This document shows positions 34,533 to 40,409 of a DNA stretch of 42,286 bases, piece by piece. Source of the stretch: a virus; the IMG/VR virus record IMGVR_UViG_3300009963_000014, positions 1 through 42,286 of that record; one strand, given 5' to 3'. The notes under the pieces are model-generated. The model was not told the DNA's origin and ran no database searches. It worked only from the letters and a program-made list of their open reading frames with translations. Every line of letters starts with the position of its first letter. The first letter of the stretch is position 1. Position numbers and translations under genes: made by a program.

Positions 34533-35039
34533 ATGTTTAGTTTGATTGATATTTTGAATATTTCTGCCGCTTGGCTTGGTGCTATTACTGGTGTTGTTAG
34601 CTTGATTTACTCTTTGAAAGTCAATAGAGTGAAATTGAGTATTTCTAAATTCCGTAAAAAGAGAATGAACGAATACTCCTGTTATCAATACAGTTTTGTT
34701 TTGTCTAACCAATCCAACTCAAATGTCGTAATCAAGAATATCCAACTGTTTGACAAAAACGGAAAAGAAATTTTTGACAACGGATTTAATCCAGCTACTG
34801 CTTTTCCTGAGATAAAATCAGACCCTTTTGGTTTGGTTAGTAGTACACAGACCTTGTTTAACGTAGATTGGTACTCTACACCATTTGAAGATGAAATAGA
34901 ATTAAATCCATACTCATTCGAAAAGTTGTCATACTACCTTAACGAACCTCCACATACTATCAAGGTCAAGACCAACAGACAAATTCATTATCTTTCTAAA
35001 TCTAAATCATTCCATCCTGTCTTTAATAAAGCAAAATAG
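34533..35039 (+). CDS. N-terminally membrane-anchored protein, unknown function (candidate lysogen-expressed exclusion/defence factor)
   Basis: 168 aa. TM helix ISAAWLGAITGVVSLIYSL. Own TGgTATAAT promoter at 34500-34508. Oriented against the early operon. Confidence 0.75.
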   Translation: MFSLIDILNISAAWLGAITGVVSLIYSLKVNRVKLSISKFRKKRMNEYSCYQYSFVLSNQSNSNVVIKNIQLFDKNGKEIFDNGFNPATAFPEIKSDPFGLVSSTQTLFNVDWYSTPFEDEIELNPYSFEKLSYYLNEPPHTIKVKTNRQIHYLSKSKSFHPVFNKAK

Positions 35040-35099
35040 ATTTATTACAGCACAAACCACATTTACGCTTGTTACTATGATTAGTCCTAGCTCACTCAT
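35007..35099 (-). CDS. Possible 30-aa hydrophobic peptide
   Basis: Not in the ORF track. AAGGAGGA lies 5 nt before the ATG at 35099. Encodes MSELGLIIVTSVNVVCAVINLFCFIKDRME. Overlaps the 3' end of 34533-35039 convergently. Confidence 0.3.
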   Translation of the reverse strand: MSELGLIIVTSVNVVCAVINLFCFIKDRME

Positions 35100-35343
35100 T
35101 CTTTCCTCCTTTTCTCCTTTGCAGTAATTGCAAAATACATCCCATAACAGACCGTCTAGGAAGTAGTTCTAGCTTTTTCTGAGCTTGTTCTACTTCTTTT
35201 TTTGCTCCTTCTATAGAAATTAGAGTTGGGTTATCAAACCAATCTTTTTCTAAATAATACCTTTGCCCACGCTCAGACATATAATCAATCAATGACTGAA
35301 AATGCTTTATGCGTTCATGAAGATGTTCTTTATTTTCTTCCAT
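35092..35343 (-). CDS. Hypothetical 83-aa protein
   Basis: ORF track. GAAAGGAG RBS is supplied by the 65-bp repeat. Confidence 0.65.
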   Translation of the reverse strand: MEENKEHLHERIKHFQSLIDYMSERGQRYYLEKDWFDNPTLISIEGAKKEVEQAQKKLELLPRRSVMGCILQLLQRRKGGKNE

Positions 35344-35347
35344 CCTA

Positions 35348-35412
35348 CTCCTTTCTATTTCTAATCTCCATTTCTGCTATAATATAAGCAGAAAGGAGGT
35401 AATGTTATGACT
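35348..35412 (+). promoter_or_regulatory. 65-bp repeat copy 1: extended -10 promoter inside perfect palindrome, plus RBS and ATG ACT
   Basis: TGcTATAAT at 35375-35383. TTTCTGCT-N8-AGCAGAAA at 35371-35394. AAAGGAGG at 35392-35399. Confidence 0.7.
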
Positions 35413-35646
35413 GAAATTCACGCATGTCTTTGCGGAAATTGGGTGAATCTATCAGCTGAAGACGATTGTGTAATGGGACCAAATATGGCTAGTCCTTACA
35501 TTTGGTGGGAAGAAAATGCAGAACTCTACTCACCAATTTCTAAACCTGAAGCAAACTCGATGTACCATCAGGATTATATCTACATTCACTATCGTGGCGC
35601 TGACTATCGTATCCATCCAATTTTTATTCAAATCGTTTCTAGATAA
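35407..35646 (+). CDS. Small acidic protein (79 aa), unknown function
   Basis: ORF track. Strong RBS and promoter from repeat copy 1. Antisense to the early operon. Confidence 0.75.
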   Translation: MTEIHACLCGNWVNLSAEDDCVMGPNMASPYIWWEENAELYSPISKPEANSMYHQDYIYIHYRGADYRIHPIFIQIVSR

Positions 35647-35809
35647 CTCTTTCTAGTCTTTTAGAAATGATTTCTACATCTGAGCCGTCCAGTTTCAACT
35701 GGTCGGCTTTTTCATTTAAACGAGCTTCTACAACTTGGTTAATTTCAATCCATTCTCGTTTTGTAAATTGACTTCTGAATTTTAAAAATTCGTTTATTGT
35801 TTCTTTCAT
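35639..35809 (-). CDS. Hypothetical 56-aa protein
   Basis: Not in the ORF track. ATG at 35809 with GAAAGGAGG upstream. Encodes MKETINEFLKFRSQFTKREWIEINQVVEARLNEKADQLKLDGSDVEIISKRLERVI. Confidence 0.5.
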   Translation of the reverse strand: MKETINEFLKFRSQFTKREWIEINQVVEARLNEKADQLKLDGSDVEIISKRLERVI

Positions 35810-35817
35810 GGTTTGTC

Positions 35818-35882
35818 CTCCTTTCTATTTCTAATCTCCATTTCTGCTATAATATAAGCAGAAAGGAGGTAATGTTATGACT
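35818..35882 (+). promoter_or_regulatory. 65-bp repeat copy 2 (identical to 35348-35412)
   Basis: Exact repeat. Palindrome at 35841-35864. Confidence 0.7.
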
Positions 35883-36116
35883 TTTAAAGAATATTTGACA
35901 ATAGCAAGCAAACGCGACATCTACGATGATGGTAAAGATTTTGATTTTGAAACCATCTTTGCTAGAGAAATATTACGTTATGCACACGATTCCGAACTGG
36001 AAACCAAAACAGGTTTCTTTCGTCATCTTGAAATCATGGATGCCGAAGCTTGGTTTATCGAACTTGCTCGCTCAGTCTATCAAGATTTTGAGAAATCAAT
36101 TTCAGATTCTCACTAA
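35877..36116 (+). CDS. Small strongly acidic protein (79 aa), unknown function
   Basis: ORF track. 18 D/E versus about 10 K/R. Driven by repeat copy 2. Confidence 0.75.
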   Translation: MTFKEYLTIASKRDIYDDGKDFDFETIFAREILRYAHDSELETKTGFFRHLEIMDAEAWFIELARSVYQDFEKSISDSH

Positions 36117-36234
36117 TCGAGCGTGACTTTTTTTGATACGGCAATCTCAGAAATTTACCACCAGCGCTGACTACCTTAATGATTTTTTCAAGGTGGTCTT
36201 TTTCTTTTTCAAGAGCATCAATAAATTCTTCCAT
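36055..36234 (-). CDS. Possible 59-aa coiled-coil ORF
   Basis: Not in the ORF track. GGAGGACGG-ATG directly after the cro stop. Overlaps the 3' end of 35877-36116 by 62 nt. Confidence 0.4.
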   Translation of the reverse strand: MEEFIDALEKEKDHLEKIIKVVSAGGKFLRLPYQKKSRSISENLKLISQNLDRLSEQVR

Positions 36235-36242
36235 CCGTCCTC

Positions 36243-36434
36243 CTACTCAATCCCATAATCTTCAATCACTTGAAGAATGAAACTGTTCGCTCGTGGACCT
36301 TTAGTCGTTCCACTTAGAATATTTGTTACTTCCTGTCGTTTAAAGCCATAAGCAACCGCTAGAGTTGTTTTTTTGATCCCTTTCTCTTTCAAGAAAGTAT
36401 TAACTTTTTCACGACCGTTTGTGATATCTGGCAT
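36243..36434 (-). CDS. Cro-like HTH regulator (first gene of the early lytic operon)
   Basis: ORF-track 36243-36455. The ATG at 36434 has AAAGGAGGAACGTAT upstream. KKTTLAVAYGFKRQEVTNILSG resembles an HTH. Divergent from cI. Confidence 0.7.
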   Translation of the reverse strand: MPDITNGREKVNTFLKEKGIKKTTLAVAYGFKRQEVTNILSGTTKGPRANSFILQVIEDYGIE

Positions 36435-36537
36435 ATACGTTCCTCCTTTTTCCAAAAATAAAAAATGCCCTATCTAACTGATAGAGCATGTGATATAATA
36501 GTGACGGCACATCTGCCTTAGAAGGGAGGTGGAGCCT

Positions 36538-36627
36538 ATGGTAGATTACATCCTCACAAATATTATTCTACCCTTGGTGGTCGGTATCATCCTGATAGTC
36601 ATTGAAAAATGGCTAAACAAGAAATAG
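36538..36627 (+). CDS. Fst-family-like type I toxin peptide (29 aa)
   Basis: Not in the ORF track. AGGGAGGTGGAG RBS. Encodes MVDYILTNIILPLVVGIILIVIEKWLNKK. TGaTATAAT promoter at 36491-36499. Confidence 0.65.
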   Translation: MVDYILTNIILPLVVGIILIVIEKWLNKK

Positions 36628-36657
36628 CGACCAACCCACCTTTCTAGCGTAGACTAG

Positions 36658-36698
36658 AAAAAGCCCTTGCTTTTGTGGTTATCAGCAGGGGCTTTTTT
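36658..36698. terminator. Bidirectional rho-independent terminator
   Basis: A5-gcccuugcu-N12-agcaggggc-U6. Preceded by a second hairpin uuucuag-N6-cuagaaa at 36641-36660. Confidence 0.7.
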
Positions 36699-36727
36699 GT
36701 AGTTATAGTAGACTACATCTTCACTTC
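36658..36727 (-). ncRNA. Candidate antitoxin sRNA (~70 nt) convergent with the toxin mRNA
   Basis: TTGACA (36763-36758)-N18-TGaGATAAT (36742-36734). The RNA's 5' end pairs with the toxin start region. Ends at the shared terminator. Confidence 0.55.
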
Positions 36728-36816
36728 CCCTATATTATCTCACATGCTCTATTCAATTGTCAAGGAACAAGTAAACAAGAAACAACTAAAAATTTAACTA
36801 TTTTTCTGCATTATGC

Positions 36817-36845
36817 TTGACAACTAACACCAAATCGGCTAAAAT
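36817..36845 (+). promoter_or_regulatory. Sigma-70-type promoter TTGACA-N17-TAAAAT directed toward cI
   Basis: Read directly. The -35 overlaps one ACAACTAA motif. Confidence 0.5.
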
Positions 36846-37041
36846 GAAAGCATAATAAAAACACTAATAAATCCATAAATACCGTTCGCCAAAACATTTT
36901 TTATAATTTATTTCTTAGTTGTTTTTTTAGTTGTAACTTACTTACAAAAAACATTTTACACCTTTTGGGATAATTAGTCAACCTTTTTACACCGAATTTG
37001 TTAAATATTTTTTGTAATGTCTTAGAAAGGTTGATTTAACA

Positions 37042-37392
37042 ATGTTTGAGACATTTGAAAAAATAAAAGAATTGGCAAAAAAGCGTGGAAAATCTCTTGG
37101 ACAAGTCGAAGAAGACTTAGGTTATGGCAGAAATACACTGTATAAGATAAAAAACTCTACGCCAAATGCTGAACGTATAGCAGAAATTGCTAACTACTTC
37201 AACGTATCCACCGACTACCTGCTCGGACGAACAGATAACCCAGTTATCGCTGGGGATACCGTCACAAAAACAGAAATAGACCTCAAAAAGGACGCAGCAG
37301 AAAGCTTCTTTTACGATGGACACGAACTCAACGACGAGGATTTAGACCTCATCTCCTCACTACTAGAAGCTCGTATGAGAAATAGAAAGTAA
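37042..37392 (+). CDS. XRE-family phage repressor (cI/ImmR-like, no S24 peptidase domain)
   Basis: 116 aa. N-terminal HTH_3 ...LGQVEEDLGYGRNTLYKIKN.... Followed by an ImmA-type protease gene. Confidence 0.9.
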   Translation: MFETFEKIKELAKKRGKSLGQVEEDLGYGRNTLYKIKNSTPNAERIAEIANYFNVSTDYLLGRTDNPVIAGDTVTKTEIDLKKDAAESFFYDGHELNDEDLDLISSLLEARMRNRK

Positions 37393-37395
37393 TAC

Positions 37396-37785
37396 TTGCC
37401 TATGACAACACCCGAACAAGTCTGTTCTGAACAAGGTATCGATCTAGTTTATTTTGATGGTAGAGGTTCCCACAATAAAGGACTTTACAACCAACCCTAC
37501 AATCTTATAGCGGTAGACACTTACCTAGATGATATTGAGAAAAAGAAAGTCATCTATCACGAGATAGGGCACAAAGACCACAACCCGGAGCAGTATAAAC
37601 GAAGACGAGAAGAATACGAACTCCAAGCAGATAGAAACATGATCCACTACCTGCTAAAAGAAGAACTAGAAACGATGGATGACATCACTAATTTCAACTA
37701 CCTCCATTTCATGGAAAAATACAACCTCAAAACCATGACAAACGAAATCATGGTCAAGGAAGAATATTTATCATTAGTAAATTAA
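37396..37785 (+). CDS. ImmA/IrrE-family zinc metalloprotease (anti-repressor protease)
   Basis: HEIGH motif. Partner of the XRE repressor. Alternative ATG start at 37402. Confidence 0.85.
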   Translation: MPMTTPEQVCSEQGIDLVYFDGRGSHNKGLYNQPYNLIAVDTYLDDIEKKKVIYHEIGHKDHNPEQYKRRREEYELQADRNMIHYLLKEELETMDDITNFNYLHFMEKYNLKTMTNEIMVKEEYLSLVN

Positions 37786-37798
37786 AAAAGGAGAAAAC

Positions 37799-38221
37799 AT
37801 GAGTAGCTTTAACCAAAAGAGCAATCCGTTTAAGGAAAAAATGACCTCGATTCGAATTGTTCAACCTGAAAGTGGTCAACTCTTAGGTACAGTAACTAAT
37901 TTCGACTCATTCCCTGGCTCGACAAATCTGATCGCTTTTTTAGATTTTTTTAATTTAATCCCCGGTAAAACTTATATATTATCCGTGAATGCTTATTTTC
38001 AAGATGGCATAAATTACCCAGTCCATGCTACAAGGATTAACATACCTCAAAGTGAGTTCATAGATTTGAAAGATAATTACGGGAAATCGACAGGTCATTT
38101 TGATTTTAGTTTTACAATTCGGTTCCCGAATGATTTTTACTTTTATTTCAATCTGTCTGACGAGGATGGAAATCAGTTAGATGAAGCATATAGTTACCAT
38201 TCTTTTATAAATCAGGGGTAA
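37799..38221 (+). CDS. Hypothetical cytoplasmic protein, lysogeny-operon cargo
   Basis: 140 aa. AAGGAG RBS. No TM segment and no motif recognised. Confidence 0.75.
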   Translation: MSSFNQKSNPFKEKMTSIRIVQPESGQLLGTVTNFDSFPGSTNLIAFLDFFNLIPGKTYILSVNAYFQDGINYPVHATRINIPQSEFIDLKDNYGKSTGHFDFSFTIRFPNDFYFYFNLSDEDGNQLDEAYSYHSFINQG

Positions 38222-38224
38222 GCT

Positions 38225-38659
38225 ATGTCAGAACTACAAAACAATTTCAAACCTACTACCTCTAACGTTTCCTCTATTCATGCTTCTAAACCGTCGTTAA
38301 AAACTGTACCCATACAAAATAATGATATAATGGAGGAAACAAGAGAATTGGAGGAACGATATATGGCAAACGATACATATACCAAGACAGAAATCGATTT
38401 AAAACTTGATAAAATCAATTCTGATGTCAAACATGGTTTTGAAAAGGTTGATTTAAAATTCGACCAAACCAGAACTGAAATGCGTGATGGTTTTGAAAAT
38501 ATGGGACTTCGAATGGAAAAGATGTTCTCTGATTTCAAATTGGAGCAACAAAAAGAGAAAGAAGAAAACAAAAAATGGTTAATCGCATTAACCATCGGAT
38601 CTCTTCTTTCAATTATCGGGATTGTGGTTTCAATTATCGCTATCCTAGTACAAAAATAA
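38225..38659 (+). CDS. Tail-anchored membrane protein with coiled-coil repeats (XhlA-like architecture), lysogeny-operon cargo
   Basis: 144 aa. Internal GFEKVDLKFD / GFENMGLRME repeat. C-terminal TM WLIALTIGSLLSIIGIVVSIIAILV. Confidence 0.75.
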   Translation: MSELQNNFKPTTSNVSSIHASKPSLKTVPIQNNDIMEETRELEERYMANDTYTKTEIDLKLDKINSDVKHGFEKVDLKFDQTRTEMRDGFENMGLRMEKMFSDFKLEQQKEKEENKKWLIALTIGSLLSIIGIVVSIIAILVQK

Positions 38660-38708
38660 AAAAATCCCCACACTCGCCATCGCCAAATCTTGAGTGTGAG
38701 GATATCCT

Positions 38709-38747
38709 GTATAAGAAACAACCATTCAAAAGGTCGGTTTCTTATAC
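38709..38747 (+). terminator. Perfect 11-bp-stem hairpin between cargo genes and int (terminator or processing site)
   Basis: guauaagaaac-N17-guuucuuauac followed by CCAUUUUAUC. Confidence 0.5.
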
Positions 38748-38777
38748 CCATTTTATCAAGAAATGAGGTAAAAATCA

Positions 38778-39881
38778 ATGATTGGAAAATACCAAAAAAA
38801 TGGTACTACTGCTTATTACTTTAAAGCATATCACGGACTTGACCCTTTAACAAATCAAAAAATTATTACCAAACGTCGTGGTTTTAAAACAGAGCGTGAA
38901 GCAAGACTTGCTGAAGCAAAATGCTTAGCTGAGTATGAGAAGAAAACTTTTAGAGCAAAAAATACCACTACTACTTTTAGACAGGTATTTGAGGTTTGGA
39001 AAGAACATTATAAAGGCGCTGTCAAAGAATCGACATATATAAGCCAAATAGACAAAGCAGAGAGACTCATACTCCCGTTTTTTGGGGATAAGGCTATCAA
39101 TAAGATTAGTCTCGTCATGTGTCAAAATCAAGTCAATAAATGGGCTTCAGAATACAAGCAGTTCTTTGGGATCATCAGCATAGCTAACCAAATATTCGAT
39201 TACGCTATTTCAATGGAATTGATTGAAAATAATCCAATGAGAAAGACATTGAAGCCTAAACGACAAAAAAATAATACAGATGAACTAGAAAAGTTCTACA
39301 ACAAAGAAGAGCTGCAAGAGTTTTTTGAAATCGTTAATGATTTTGATGATATAGAGATGCTTACATTCTTCCGTCTGCTGGCATTTACTGGAATGAGAAA
39401 GAATGAAATCAGCGCCCTCAGATGGTCTGATATCGATCTGAAGAGCGGACAGATAACTGTTAATCAAACCTTGGCTAAGGGGGGAGATAATAAACTTATC
39501 TTTCAGACTCCAAAGACAAAAAAGAGTGCCCGAACAATTACCCTAGATAAAAAGACAATTGAAGTTTTAAAAGAATGGCACAAGTATAGTACTAAAGGAC
39601 TCCTCTTCAAAAACGAAAACGGCGAGCCGAAAAGTGTCGTCCATGTTAACAATATGCTTAACAGGATTTGGAGGAAGTATCCAGATTTTAAACGTATCAC
39701 ACCTCACGGTTTCAGACATACCCATTGCTCCTTGCTCTTTGAAGCTGGTGCTACCATCAAAGAGGTTCAAGAAAGACTCGGTCACGAGAACATTCAAACG
39801 ACCATGGACATATATGCTCACGTCACTCAAAAAGCAAAGGATGAAGTGGCTGATAAATTCGCTTCTTACATAGGTTTTTAA
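38778..39881 (+). CDS. int: Tyrosine integrase
   Basis: 367 aa. C-terminal HGFRHTH...LGHENIQTTMDIYAHV catalytic motif. Confidence 0.95.
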   Translation: MIGKYQKNGTTAYYFKAYHGLDPLTNQKIITKRRGFKTEREARLAEAKCLAEYEKKTFRAKNTTTTFRQVFEVWKEHYKGAVKESTYISQIDKAERLILPFFGDKAINKISLVMCQNQVNKWASEYKQFFGIISIANQIFDYAISMELIENNPMRKTLKPKRQKNNTDELEKFYNKEELQEFFEIVNDFDDIEMLTFFRLLAFTGMRKNEISALRWSDIDLKSGQITVNQTLAKGGDNKLIFQTPKTKKSARTITLDKKTIEVLKEWHKYSTKGLLFKNENGEPKSVVHVNNMLNRIWRKYPDFKRITPHGFRHTHCSLLFEAGATIKEVQERLGHENIQTTMDIYAHVTQKAKDEVADKFASYIGF

Positions 39882-39885
39882 AATA

Positions 39886-39909
39886 TGGGTACCAAAATGG
39901 GTACCAAAA
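39886..39909 (+). repeat. attP arm-type repeat copy 1 (2 x TGGGTACCAAAA)
   Basis: Exact 24-mer, repeated at 40102-40125. Confidence 0.6.
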
Positions 39910-39918
39910 CAAAAAAAC

Positions 39919-39944
39919 AGGCTCTCCGAAAACTCGGAAAGCCT
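39919..39944 (+). terminator. Hairpin after int (possible terminator)
   Basis: aggcu-c-uccga-aaac-ucgga-a-agccu, with a weak U tail. Confidence 0.4.
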
Positions 39945-40101
39945 TATTTAATGCTACTTAGAGCGATTATTTAGCGATTGGGTAAACAGAAACTTGTTTT
40001 ATAAAAATAGATTTTAATAAAGTTAAATAGCGTTCAAAGTCTTGTCAAATCAACGTTTTTATGGTTTGCGATATATAAAAAAGTGACATATAAATTACTT
40101 T

Positions 40102-40125
40102 TGGGTACCAAAATGGGTACCAAAA
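40102..40125 (+). repeat. attP arm-type repeat copy 2
   Basis: Exact copy of 39886-39909, 216 bp away. Confidence 0.6.
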
Positions 40126-40409
40126 ATCGTGATCTCTAATGCTATGTTTAAATAAAAAATCTTCATCAAAAATATTAATTTTAACAAAACACCGTTTTTG
40201 ACAATAATACCCTGCCATTCCTCCTCCCTATTCTTCAAGAAAGCGATTTTTTGAACAATAGGATTGTAATTTCTGTTTCTAATCGTTCAAAATGCGTGTT
40301 TTTGCAAAATAGAAATACAAACTCTAATTTTGTTGACGTCAACAAAACTGGCAACCAAGCGCTTTATAAAGCTAATTGTTGACTTCAACAAGTCAATTTC
40401 AGAGCAAAC

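Noticed and set aside
36467-36487. Hairpin plus U-run just upstream of the cro RBS, considered as a dedicated terminator
   Set aside because: The stem is imperfect (one mismatch in 8 bp) and overlaps the toxin promoter -35 region. It could equally be an operator palindrome, so it is folded into the switch/TA finding instead of being called a feature.
38278-38778. 166-aa minus-strand ORF opposite the tail-anchored cargo gene
   Set aside because: It is antisense to a gene with a good RBS and operon coupling. It has no RBS, and it would run into the cI operon.
40045-40218. 57-codon minus-strand ORF with a GGGAGGAGG box in the attP region
   Set aside because: Its composition is odd (FWYPFWYP, encoded by the arm-type repeat). 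It lies beyond two terminators and is likely to be split by integration. It is kept only as a remote possibility.
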